A stretch of 57,802 nt of DNA, filler included, from Sphacelaria rigidula (taxonomy: Eukaryota), in NCBI GenBank assembly GCA_964200075.2. It is 5 parts of 5 records of this genome, joined end to end, with 100 filler letters (N's around TTAATTAATTAA, not from the genome) between each part and the next. Parts side by side here need not be neighbours in the genome. Positions count along the whole stretch, not along the records: positions 1 to 11,482 come from CAXNAA020004875.1; 4 more parts are not named here. One strand, given 5' to 3'. Shown one piece after another: positions 1-11,582 of this stretch. A program made the position numbers and the translations under genes. Below the pieces are notes generated by a model. The model did not search any database, was not told where the DNA came from, and was given only the letters and a program-made list of their open reading frames with translations. How positions within the stretch are numbered: position 1 is the stretch's first letter; each line of letters begins with the position of its first letter.

Positions 1-883
1 TTATTCTTTGTCTCGTATGTTTTGGTTTCTGAGATTTTTGCTTATTGGTGAACTTACTTGGCTTCTGTCAACCCCCCCCCCCCCCTTGAGCCTGGTCCGG
101 TGGGAACCCGGCGTGCTCCGTCCCGGCTTTGTAAGGGCGGACCCCTATGGGGTTGGCGTCGGTTGGCGATGACGCTGTAAAACACGCCGTTCACTGCGTA
201 AGCTACGCAACCACGTTACCCATTTTTTGCGCGCTTGCCTTTTTGCGGTAACTTTGATGGTAGCCGAGCTATATTATATTGTGCGGGGTGGGAGAATCTC
301 AACTCCGCGCAAAGGAGAGTATCTCACTACCAAGTGTTGAAATGGTGAGATACCCATGAGGCAGTGAGTAAGCCGTGACTGTCTCTTGAAGTGGCAATAC
401 CAGAAAATGAAGCAACTGATTCAAGGCTGCCATCCATACTCAAGATAATCAGTACGCTTCGGGCCGAATCATCTCACGAGGATGCAGCCCACCCTTCACA
501 CGACTCGCCGAACACACCACGGCGCTTCGCGCTTGGTGATTGATTTCGGGCTTGCCCGGCGAAAACCCAGCGTGCTCCGTCTCGGCTTCGTAGGGATGCG
601 AGGTCAATGATCATATGACTATGGCATGCAAGATCATGAGTACTCCCCCCCCCCCTCCCGAAGAGACGACGGAGTACGGTTGCTTGTACCCGGAGTACAA
701 GCACGATGCACGTCAGGTTTTTGCCGCGTCATTCGATGGAAATATCGCATTGTCGAATATGTGAAAATGCCAAATATCTGAAGTTGTCCGTGACCACTGT
801 GTTCCCTGAACAAACTGCACGGAGCCGATGAGGTCTACGTTTATCCGACTCCACCACTTTTTTTTTCACATATTATCACACCC

Positions 884-1220
884 TTGCTGCTGCTGTTGTT
901 GTCTTCGCATTTTGAAAACCGTTCCGATATCTGCGCGGTACTCTGTACTCGGCATCTGATGTGGACGCCCTGCGTGGTCACAGGCTAGCCACCCCAAACT
1001 AGCGTAAAAGAGAATCAAACAAAAAAATCACACCCAGAGAATTACACAGACGCGATACAAAAAAAGAATGCAAACAAATAAAGCAAATACCTTGTAATAA
1101 TAATTGAAAATAAATAAGGAAGAAAAAACGCTGCTAACGTCCCACGTTCCGATGCCGTGTGCGACCATCCGGGCTACTGGAAGCAGGGCCCATCGGTCCA
1201 CTCAACACGCAAAGCCAAAC
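884..1220 (-). repeat. Non-LTR retroelement-like 3' end, second copy
   Basis: Shares cgttccgatatctgcgcggtac...gtggtcacagg with 3597-3662. Confidence 0.58.
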
Positions 1221-1451
1221 AGCAAGAGAGCAAAACTCAGGAACCAAGATAATCAACCACAGCGATAAGACTCACAGGGTTATATCCTTGTACAATAGAA
1301 TTGCAATAGACAAAAAGTGTACCGCGTGAAGTATAGGCCTATTGCAACTATTGCTCACGTCCGAAGTATGCATTTTTTGCATAACATAATTTAATTCAAG
1401 TATGACCATGTTTCGTTTTTTTTTTATTTCCTGTTTGATTCTTATTTACAG

Positions 1452-1514
1452 GTGGAGGAAACATGCACCGGAGCAGTGGCATGCCAGCTGGTGGACAGCC
1501 TTTTCCCCGGCAAG
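1452..1514 (+). CDS. EB1: EB1 internal exon A (VEETCTGAVACQLVDSLFPGK)
   Basis: Acceptor ttatttacag, 63 nt in phase 0, donor gtactg at 1515. Confidence 0.9.
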
Positions 1515-4500
1515 GTACTGGACAAGGACCACATATCACCGTCACGTGACCAAAGAAAAAGTGGCGGTTTTATACGACCCCCTGGGTAAAGAGCTGTGGA
1601 GACGCTGAAATTTCCTCACCCCGCGATGGTATTGAGGAGGGGGGGGCGTACTCATTTGTTGCTTGCCTTAGTCATTCAACCATTGACCACGCATCCCTTT
1701 CGAGACGGAGCACATTGAGGAGGGGGGAAGGGGCGTAGTCATTCGTTGCTTGCCCTAGTAGTTTGATCATTGACCACGCATCCCTTTCCAGACGGAGCAC
1801 CGTTCGTACTCCTAATAAAGACGCCTCCAACATTCATTGAGGTGCTCATTACTTTTGTTCCATACATTGCACAAAAACCTTTTTCATATCTCATCACCGT
1901 CCTGTTTCACCGTCTGTGGCCACCATCTATCCTCCAGTGAAGCCATCGTTTTCCCCCTACCGTCTAATGCATTAAACGATTTCATGCCACCTTCGTTCAC
2001 GTCACGCATTTATTGAGGGGGAGGAGGGGGGGGGGGGAGGTGCTTTACTACGTGCCTTGATATACAGTACTGTAGATACCGGCACGGTGCGAGGTATGGT
2101 TATCACCTCACTGTTCGGGGGTGGCATAATCGACAACGTTGCCTAGAGAACCCTTTGCACCCCCCTTGTCGGAGGGTTCCATGCTCTGGACAAAAAACAT
2201 GTGGTCAATATTTGCAATATAGAAGAAATGCTCTGCGTAAAGTATAGGCCTATTGCAACTGTTGTCGATCGACAATGTGTGCTCAATAGTTGCAAAGGCG
2301 AGAAAATCCTACTGCGTAAAGTATACGCGTATTGCAACTATTGTCCGAGACACTATGTGGTCAATAGTTGCACGTTTCAGACGAATCATCGCCGGTTTGA
2401 ATCATCAAATCCACGATTTTTCAGGCCTGATTGCTCGAAAGAGAGAGAAGAAGTTGACCGTTGGTCAAACAGGTCTCCACGCAATTTTGCGCCATTCCAC
2501 GTGCCTGGGCTCACCCGTACCTTGGTTGCAACGGTGGAAACAACGCTCAAGGATTGATTCGTATGGTACGAATCAATTGCACTCTGCTCGAGCAATTTCC
2601 AGATAAATCATCAAATCGTCCCACCCTCGAATAGTTGCAACAACAATAGAAAGAAAATTTGACTGCGTCAAGTATATAGGCCTGATGCATCTATTGTCGA
2701 CCTATACTTTGACGCAGTACAATATTTTCCATTGCAACTGGTTGACGACCACATATTTTCTTGTCCAGGATGTTCTCGGTGTGCCTTGGGTCGGGGCTAG
2801 AGTTATCGTTTATTTGAGAAGTGTGTTAACCATGGATGCGGTGTACACTTGTCATCTGGGGTAGTCAAAACAGGTTTGGCGGTGAGGGTTCTGTGTCGGA
2901 TTCCCTTTTCTGTGCTCGTGGAGAAACGAATAGTTCGAGGTAAAAGTTCGTTCATGGAGTCACGCTACGGGAGGGGTTGCGCATTTGGGCCCGGATCTTT
3001 TTTGTTCAGGGCTCCTGCAGTGAGGAGCTAGTGAAGAATATGGGTACGGACATTCTCGTTTTCAAATTCGGACGGGATACGGTATCCCTAGCGCATTGGA
3101 GTGCACATCGTGGCGTTTTCTCAGATATTTCATCAGTCTTTTCTTGTTGAAATGAAATGGAAGACTCCGAACACTTCGAACCTCAGAAAGTAATCTTGCA
3201 CCCCTGCCGTAGCATCCCTCTACCGTGTGGTACACCAAATAGGTGTAGCTAGGGGTAGGGCGGACGGGTACAGGTTGTTGGTTCGGAAAACCGACGAATC
3301 ACGTTTTTTTCTTTGTTCAGCAGTAGTAGAGTTTATTTATTTATTCACCCCAGCCAGCCGCCAAGTTTTTTCATGGTTAGTGATGATACTTGACTTGAGT
3401 GTAAGCACCACTATCTTCGAATGTTTTTTAGTGGAGTTGACAAGTCATTCCCCAGTGGTTTTCTAGCGTGCCCAGAAGGTGTTTTTGTTCAAATCGGTGC
3501 CGCAGCGCCAATTTGTGGTTTGCCAACTGTCACCTTGCGGAGGGCAGGCACACCCTTTGTTGTTGTTGTTGTTGTCGTTGTCTTCACATTAAAAAGCGTT
3601 CCGATATCTGCGCGGTACATTCGTACTGGGCATCTGATGCGGATGCCTTCCGTGGTCACAGGCCAGCTACCTGTATAACAAGGTTTAAGGAAATCAAACT
3701 AAACCAAAACCAACACCGGAACCAAAATGGCCCCAGAAAAAAAAAACTCACAAACGCGATACAAACATAACAGGAATAAATAATTCAGATGAAAGAAAAA
3801 AAGTATGGCTTAGCTCAGAAGATACGGTGCCGCAGGTGGCCATTCGGACTTCAGGGGGTGGCACCTGGTTTTCCAACTCGACGCGCGAGGCCAAGTATAT
3901 ATAAACTTAGGGTCCGACTACGGACGGGCGAAACTCAAGGCCCCAAAGACCACTAACCAAAGAACTAAGAATCGCAAGGTTCCATCTTTTGACCTCTCGA
4001 GGACCCTTTGCACCCCCCTCCTTTGCCCGAGGGTTCTCAGTATACTTTGGGTTAGCGTTTTAAGGGTTTTCAGGATGAGAGAAGCGTTGTTAGATGAATG
4101 AATGTCTCAACCATGGATATTTTGGAGGTGAAGTGGTGGAGTAAACCCACTTCCTCATTTTTTAGCAGATTTTTTTTCCCCTTCGTTGAAGTCGTGAGGA
4201 CACACGCGAGTAACCACGGAATGCGACGACGGTCCACGGGGTGCGGGAGTGCTGATGTCATGATCCAGTTCTCGACAGCACAATGTCGGGTAGTCGGGTA
4301 GGTGCTGTAGCCAGGCGGGGGGAGAAGGGTGGGGACGTACTCATTTGTTGCTTGCCTTGGTCGTTTGACCATTGACCACGCATCCCTTTCGATACGGAGG
4401 GGGGAGGGAGGGGGGAGGAGAGGTAATTTGGTTTCTGGAAAAATACCCCGAGGAAGGGCAGACAGGTATAAAGGTGTGACGTCAAAGTTATAAAAAAAGA

Positions 4501-7500
4501 GGGGGGGGGCTTGGAGTTCCCCTCGTGAAAGATGCGAGAGTTTTCCACACCGAAAGATTGCTTGATTGATGCTCGACAAAGTTCCATGCGACCGTTTTTA
4601 CGTTTTGTAGTTGCAGGGTGTAGTCTATCCTTCTAGGAACCAACAGCTGTTCGCATCTTCCTCCGGTGAGCCGGGTCAAACGTTCCTGTCCTATGCTGTG
4701 TGAGCTGGTCTTCGGTGGTGAAGAAAATCGCTGCCCGCCAGAGCAATGCTACGGTAGGGGTGCACTTTTTTCGCGAAGTTATGTCTGGTTCAGGGGCCCC
4801 CAATGATTCTAGATGCACGAAAATACGGGTCAGGGCATCCCTGTTTGCAAATTCATTCGGGATATCCCAAGCACCTTGGAGTAGTAATCCTGGCGTACTT
4901 TCACATATATTTCATAGGTCGTGTTTTGCATGAGATAAAGGGCTCCCAACTATTCTAACCTCAGAAAATATTCGTGCACCCCTACCGTAGTATCACTCGC
5001 CACCAGGAATCAAACGGCCTCTGCAGTTGCAGCTCGACAAGGTTCCGTTTGACCGTGAGTTGCGTTTCGTAGTTGAAGGATGAATGAAGCGTTTCAGTGC
5101 CACCAGCTGTTGGTGTCATCCTCCGGGGGGAGTGTGTTCACGTTTATATTCGATGCATGGTGGGATATCTATGTCAATCGCTGGTGCCCTCAAGAATTAG
5201 TTGACCCTGAACTACAAACATTCGTGCCCACCACACCCATCGCTTTTTGGCTCCGGCAGGTACCTATGTCGAAGGTGAACTGGGAAGCCCGGACGGACGC
5301 GGAGTACATCAATAATTACAAGGTTAGCAGTAATCAAGAGCGTCCTTATTTTTTTCAAAGGGAGGAGAAAACCTCACTCAGCACCCACCCCGCAAACGGG
5401 TTCCTGTATCGATTACCCGGAGGCTCTCGGCAGTCGTCTGGGGTAGGCGCGTCGAGACTTCGCAAAGCTTTTGCTCAAGGCAGTGTTGGAGTTGAGTCCA
5501 CTGAACCCCCTGTCCACTTGGTGCAGCGCATGCGCCGCCCAATCCTCGCGAGCCTCGGCCCAGTCAAGTGCGTGCTCAGGCGTGCTCCGCTATCGTACAT
5601 GTACTAACGTAGTGGGCGGTCTAACTATTTTTTCACTTTGTGGCATTTTGTGATTTTTTCGTAATTGGCGATTTTCTCGGGCTTTTTTGTCTTGCCACCG
5701 CTCATCACATCGGGTATCTGAAGATATTCCTATCCGCTCCATGTTTCGAGAAAAAAAATCATCTCACACTCAATACTGCATGAGCTATGGCCTGACCGGT
5801 CATCGGGGGTTCTGCCACGTTTTAGCCCAGATTCTTACTCCTCTGTATTTTCGGTCGATCAAACCTGTCCCGATCATATTTGTGAAGAAATGTACAATTT
5901 TTTTTTCTAGAAATTCTGCCTACCCATTGCACCAGGGCCGAAAACCGTGTTTCACGGTCAATAACACCCTCCTGATAAACGGGATATTTACTCGTTTCGC
6001 CCGATAACACCAGCTGACACTGACTTGGGCACTGTTCCGAGGATGATCTATTTTTTGTCCCGAAATCTATCGACGCTAGCAATTTCGAGTTCTATCGAAG
6101 AGTAATACGCGAGAAAATACCCCAAACACCCGCAAATAGTTAGAATGCCCACTACTGAACGCTGTGGTAACTGCCATGTTACTTTTTTCAGCAATGCTAC
6201 GGTACGGGGGCACTTTTTGCGCAAAATCGCGTCAGCTTCAGGCGCTCCTCACGGTTCTAGATGCACAAGAGTATGGGTAAGGGCATCTCCGTTTGCAAAT
6301 TTATTCGGGAGATCCCTAGCACGTTGTAGTAGTAATCCTGGCGTACTCTCACATATTTCATAATTCGTGTTTTGGATGAGATAAGGAGCTTCTGGTAATT
6401 CTGGCCCCGGAACACATTTGTATATCCTTACCGTAGCATCACTCTTTTGTGGACGTATATATTTTCTCACCTGAACTGCTGCCATCATCCACAGAAGGCA
6501 GATACATGTATTTTCATTTGTTTTCAAGGCTCTCCGCGGAACTGCACTCTTGTGGGACGAAACAGGGTTCGCCGTGGTGAGAGTATTGTTGGGATAAAAT
6601 GTCCCCGCCGGGAAAAAATTGGAGAGAAATGTAGTTGGGCAGGACGGCTACGCTCATGTTCCGAAGTATCTTGAAAGGTGGTGAAGATATAAAAGACAGT
6701 TAACAACGTTTTGGTGAGATTGAGAGCGAAAAGCGGTCATTTAGCGAATGAATCATTTCAGTTCCGAAATGCACCTCCACGAGGCCCAATATGCTTTCTG
6801 TAGTAGCTTGCTTGCCACTGAGGCCCTTGATATCCCTGAGTAGGATATCGACGTGTAGCTGTATGCACACGCCAGTGAAAGAGGCAAAGAAAACCACACA
6901 CACAAGAAAAACTTGGCTACGTTAAAGCGAGTGATCAGAGCCACTCTCAACCAGCGCTCTACTCTCAATATCACGGAAACGTTGTTAGTTACGGGTGGGA
7001 ATGAGGGGCGATTTGGGGTACTATCTTTCCGGAAAGCGCGCACCGACCACTGTATGCGGAAAAATTGAAGCCTACATGAGCCAATCAGTATCGATCACGA
7101 GCACACGCGTCGCCTCAAAATGACAACCACGGTAATACAAAATGTACTGTTATTTTAGTACATTTTACGACAAACCTGTGACTGATGTTGCTGTACACCT
7201 GTAGCAGGAGAATAGAAGCTGCCGCTCGTGTTATTGTTGTGCCCCTCTTGTTGCAGTATCTTGTTCTGTCGATCTTTCAACGCGGCCATCTCGGCAACGA
7301 AACGGAGGATTGGACTGCGGTTTCTTGCGTGTGCGCTTCCCACACCCAATCTAGTTCGAGACGTTAGGTTATTGCCTTTGCGCGTCATACTAAGCTGCCA
7401 ACAACCCAAATATACAAAAATAAGACATTCTTCGGTCTTTGGGGGCGTTGCCGGTCCGCTGTCTCCAATGTAGCAAAGTGTGTAACGTCTTGGCGTAGCT

Positions 7501-8707
7501 GTTGTGTGCATGGTGGGGGGCCGTGAAGTGCCGCGGGCTCGATTGATTTCTGTGTCGAGAACGCCGCGATATAAAGTGCTACTGCTGTCGCATACTAAAC
7601 CAAGTTGATAAGGGACCAAGCGTGTGTTCTGTTCGTGGTCTGCTCGGCAGAGGTGCGAACACCTGATGGCGTGTTCATTAATCCTCCGTGTTTTTTTCAT
7701 TATTATTTTTGTAGTGGGTATTTTTGGTCGCTAGGCCCCCCATCCCCACCTGTAACAGTAGCGGTACTATTTCGTCAGGACAAGGACGGGGGGGCGGGTA
7801 AATTTCCCATGAGTGGCTGCTGAGTACCTCACCTTTTTTCACACCACCGTGCACTCATCTTTTTTATGTTCCATTTCATTTGTCCGCAACCGCGTTGCCA
7901 GGTGTTGCAGTCGGCGTTCGACCGGCTGCACATTGACAAGCACATAGACGTGCAGCGCCTCACCCGCGGCAAGTACATGGACAACCTCGAGTTCATGCAG
8001 GTATTTTTTTCTCCCTTTTCTTCTCTTTTTTTTCACCTTATTCTTGTTTTTTCTTCCCCTCTTACTCTTTTTCTTTTTTCTTTTTTCTTTTACCCCTTCT
8101 TTGGTGCCTTTTCTTTTCGATTCATCCGTCTGCCATTTGCAGTAGAGTCTTTTTACGAAGAGTGGGTTTTTCACTTTGAAATGGACCAAAAAATGTTGAA
8201 AGTATTATAAGTCACCTGAAGTTGGAAAAAAAAACTTTTCCTCGTTGAAAAAAAGAAAACACTCGCCAATTGCATTCTTGCCTTCAGGCGAAAACACCCG
8301 GGGCCGCAAAGAAAAAATCGTCGTTGACAAAATGTGTGCCGCGCAAGTTTTGGGTGATGCAAGCCGCACACAGCCCCCTCCCAACAAAACTGCGCTGCAC
8401 GCGATTCATGCAAATAATATTATTAACCTTTATATCGACACACAAGGAGGAAAACCTCAAAATTCCCACACATATCCGTCGAGGTGTCATGTTTTTATCT
8501 ATTTGGTTCTTTGTATGAGTGATTTATTTATTTCGTAACGGTCTCGTTTTTGTTGTTGTTGTTTCTTTGCGTGTACCTCGCCTTGTTGGTGGTTGCACAG
8601 TGGTTCAAGAACTTCCATGACACGACTGGAGCAGCGGAGGGTTACGATGCAGTAGACCGCCGCAGCAAGGGTAGGGGAGGCCTCAACTATGGCGGTGGCG
8701 GGTCAAG
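1452..8707 (+). CDS. EB1: EB1/RP-family microtubule end-binding protein (calponin-homology domain), partial spliced gene: join(1452-1514,5260-5322,7902-8000,8601-8707)
   Basis: Four AG|exon|GT blocks join in frame to VEETCTGAVACQLVDSLFPGK-VPMSKVNWEARTDAEYINNYK-VLQSAFDRLHIDKHIDVQRLTRGKYMDNLEFMQ-WFKNFHDTTGAAEGYDAVDRRSKGRGG. This is the EB1 CH-domain signature (GA..CQ, NYK.LQ, GK..DNLEF.QW, YD...RR). The first exon and the C-terminal EBH exons were not found in this contig. Confidence 0.93.
2185..2770. mobile_element. TIR/foldback element with internal aatagttgcaa subrepeats
   Basis: Ends ctggacaaaaaacatgtggtc / gaccacatattttcttgtccag; the motif recurs in both orientations; a fragment is also at about 1290-1355. 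Confidence 0.6.
3557..3890 (-). repeat. Non-LTR retroelement-like 3' end with (CAA)n tail
   Basis: A diverged copy is at about 884-1220; both end on the minus strand in gaagac followed by a CAA/CAG-type tail. Confidence 0.6.
4740..4998. mobile_element. MITE family A (TIR agagcaatgctacggtaggggtgcac)
   Basis: TIRs of about 25 bp. A second full copy is at 6190-6445, with partial copies at about 3040-3221, 33565-33664 and 57765-57802. Confidence 0.82.
5260..5322 (+). CDS. EB1: EB1 internal exon B (VPMSKVNWEARTDAEYINNYK)
   Basis: Acceptor ctccggcag, 63 nt in phase 0, donor gttagc at 5323. Confidence 0.92.
5607..6157. mobile_element. MITE family B (TIR gtagtgggcggtctaactatt)
   Basis: Terminal inverted repeats; a diverged inverted copy is at 43222-43771. 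Confidence 0.75.
6190..6445. mobile_element. MITE family A, second copy
   Basis: Collinear with 4740-4998; TIRs are degenerate. Confidence 0.78.
6701..6987. mobile_element. MITE family C (TIR taacaacgttttggtgagattgagag)
   Basis: TIRs with TA ends; an inverted copy is at about 31258-31555. Confidence 0.78.
7902..8000 (+). CDS. EB1: EB1 internal exon C (VLQSAFDRLHIDKHIDVQRLTRGKYMDNLEFMQ)
   Basis: Acceptor gttgccag, 99 nt in phase 0, donor gtattt at 8001. Confidence 0.93.
8601..8707 (+). CDS. EB1: EB1 internal exon D (WFKNFHD...YDAVDRRSKGRGG...)
   Basis: Acceptor ttgcacag; continues the EFMQ|WFK motif. The 3' donor (aag|gtgact at 8708) is less certain. Confidence 0.85.
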
Positions 8708-9089
8708 GTGACTGGCCGTGTTCTTTGATGGAAATGGGTTCTTCTCAAGTTTTGTTCTACGCTGGCGTGTCTGATGGATCGGTCTTTTGGTTTTTAAGCC
8801 ATTTCCGCATGTTGACTACGTGATACACACACACCCTAGACGATGGTCGACCCCGTAAAAAAAGGTCTAGTACGTGATGTAATAGATGGCATCGTCATAA
8901 AAGTGTACCACGCACAGCGTCGAAGCTGTCGTCTCTCGTGGTGAGCGCAATCTGTAATACTGTACGCAGTATATTTTTTGACAGTGTAATTTATGGTCAT
9001 TACCCAGGGTGTGGAGTGATCTCTCACGAACCCAGCTGTCGTTGTCACAAAATGGACATGCCGGGGTGAAATAGTCAAGGTTGTGTTCT

Positions 9090-9365
9090 GTGTGCAGGGT
9101 ACGGGTATGTTCGGGAGGGTATGATATTTTTATTTCAGAACTTACAGAACCTGTCGGGTACGGGTATGGAGGCTGTACAGAAGCCCTTACGTGCAACGGG
9201 GTATTGTCTTCTACAAAGTGGTATGCCTATGCCCGTGCCCCGCGTTAGTGTAGACATTTCGTACTGTTGGGTACCCATATGGGATCCTTATCGAACTCAC
9301 AGAACTGTCGAATACGGGTAACACCCGTGTAAAATTTACGGCAGATCGTACTCTACAGAGCGTAA
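9090..9365. repeat. Dispersed repeat rich in gggtacgggtatg / cagaacttacagaa motifs
   Basis: A related inverted fragment is at about 11015-11135. Confidence 0.5.
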
Positions 9366-10260
9366 CCTTTATATATGATCCAATGTGCATATTTTCTTTT
9401 ATGAATTTTGATTTTAGCAATAAGCATAGCTGGTACGTGGGAATTGTAAAGGCGTGAATGTTGAGAGAGAATTTCCACGTCATGGTACAGTGTCAGCAAT
9501 TACTCGACAAACTTGGAAAACCTCGACGGGCAAGAAAAAAGAAGGAAATAATGTCAGTCCATCTTTTGCTTGCTTGCATGTCGTTCATACACGCACATCG
9601 TGGGTCAAGATACAAGAGTAACCAAAAGGATGATGGTATTCTTATAAATTTGGCATGATTGAAAGTTATTCCCCAACATCATGCTATTGAATTATCAGTA
9701 TGATATCCGTTCCTGCACTACTGACGTGTTCCACAAGCCAAAACCTGTGCTTTTGCTTTTGTTTGAAAGTCGTGTGAACATTTGGCAGTGAAAGTCGAGG
9801 TAAAACACGAGAAAATGTCATGTTGCGGGAGATTTTGATTGAGGCAAGACATGGAAAGGTTTAGCGTATGGAGCTCCTTGTTGAGTGAACTATGTACATT
9901 CAATATCTAGGTTTGAGAAACAAGGACCCTATCTTAGCTTCTCGTGGAGGGAGTTACGCAGTTTCATGATGACTTGCTTCCTGAGTACCCTGAGTGCCAA
10001 AATGATCTGCGCTTTTCTGTCTACATCTTCGCCAACTCAACTTGGTTCTCTTCTTTTGCCTTTCTTGATCTCCTCTAGTTGTCCGTTGTATCATTTCTGT
10101 TTTATTTTCATCTTTCTGCAGCAAGTGTTTCATTTTTTTCTTTTTTTTCGTCTCGACGACGTTTGTCATTTGGATAATGACACACCCCTGGATCCCTGAG
10201 GAACCGGTAAAAATGCGACAACAAACAAATCCATTCATCATGGAGTTTCACATACTGCCG

Positions 10261-10506
10261 GTCGCCCCGGTGGCTCAGTTGGTAACGTCGAAACCTTCAG
10301 ACGGTTGGGTCGTGGCTTCAAATCTCGCAGCGATTTGGGATTTTTTCTCACACCATGCCCAACAGTGAAGAGCGACTATGTCGTGGGTACACAATATTCG
10401 ACGTTACGGTCGACGAGGGAAAGGACTGCTGAACCCCTCTCGCGATGTAAAATGAAGGCAAGCACCGCAGAGGGAAGGTGGGGTACTAAAAACAAACAAA
10501 CAAAAC
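10261..10506 (+). mobile_element. tRNA-derived SINE
   Basis: A box tggctcagttgg, B box g(c)ttcaaatc, partial cloverleaf, about 160-nt body, (AAAC)n tail, and tactg on both flanks. Confidence 0.72.
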
Positions 10507-11404
10507 TACTGTGTTGACCTTCCTCCTGTGTGACCCCGGCTGGTGCGCTCACATATACCGAAAGATGTAGACCGGGGTCCAGAATAGATGGGACGACAAC
10601 ATACATTCATCGGGAAAAAAGGAAAGCGGTGGTATAAAGAAGCTGTTTATACAGGAGTGAGAGTCGCCTCTACTCTATTAAAGTGTTTAATTATTGTTTT
10701 AATCGATCATTGTTCTGGAATATCTCCTGGATGGCAGCGATGCACGTACGGGACGGTGACGTGGCAAAGACGAAGACTACATATGTAAAAATGAGCGCAC
10801 GCATGCCCTGCGGCTGGCGATGAAGAACTACGCGCGATCAACCTCGAAAAATATAAACTGGGGTGGTTCGTGCCGCTTTCAAGCGATCATTCGTCGCCTT
10901 GTATCTTCGTTTACTTTGATTTTTATGTCACCGTCACGTGGATTACATTCGGTCATCATGTCACGAAGATAGAACACGGTCGCTGCTTTTTGTGTTGGTA
11001 CGTGTACAAATATACAGGTTGTGTTCTGTAGGGCACGGTTTTCTGTATACCCGGAGCATTTTTTCGGGTATTCATTGTACCCGACAGTTCTGTGACTTCT
11101 GTAAGACTTCATACTTTTACTCGACAGTTCTGTAATCTCTAGGGCTGTGAACTGGCTGCGCTGGCCAGTTAAGTTTAAACTGGCCGCGCCAGCGGCCAGT
11201 ACATCGATTGTTTTCCAGTTAATCGGCTGGTGAGGGGGCTCCGCGGGAGCGCCGCCGGAGGCGACAAAAAATATGTTATTTGGCTTGTTTTACCTTGAAA
11301 AATATGGAAGATTGTAGAACATGTGACCCCTCACATTGAGGAGCTAAAAGTCTTAGATGACAGAGCAGTGCCCAAAAAAACCCCTCCGGGACCCTATGTA
11401 CCCG

Positions 11405-11438
<34 letters not shown>

Positions 11439-11482
11439 CCCCCTCTCTTTTTCTTTCTCCGGACATTCAATCTCCCGCGTGG

Positions 11483-11582
11483 NNNNNNNNNNNNNNNNNN
11501 NNNNNNNNNNNNNNNNNNNNNNNNNNTTAATTAATTAANNNNNNNNNNNNNNNNNNNNNNNNNNNNNNNNNNNNNNNNNNNN
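11483..11582. other. Artificial contig-joining spacer (N44-TTAATTAATTAA-N44)
   Basis: Exactly 100 nt, with a six-frame-stop linker in the middle. Confidence 0.98.

Noticed and set aside
7839..8189. Lys-rich 116-aa ORF on the minus strand
   Set aside because: It is the antisense read of an EB1 exon plus a pyrimidine-rich intron.
10261..10335. Possible functional tRNA, or tRNA-Sec/opal suppressor (ttca near the anticodon)
   Set aside because: Acceptor and T stems are imperfect, the best anticodon loop centres on CAG rather than TCA, there is no long variable arm, and it runs into a SINE body and tail.
11527..11538. TTAATTAATTAA as a biological motif
   Set aside because: It is an artificial six-frame-stop linker inside the N spacer.
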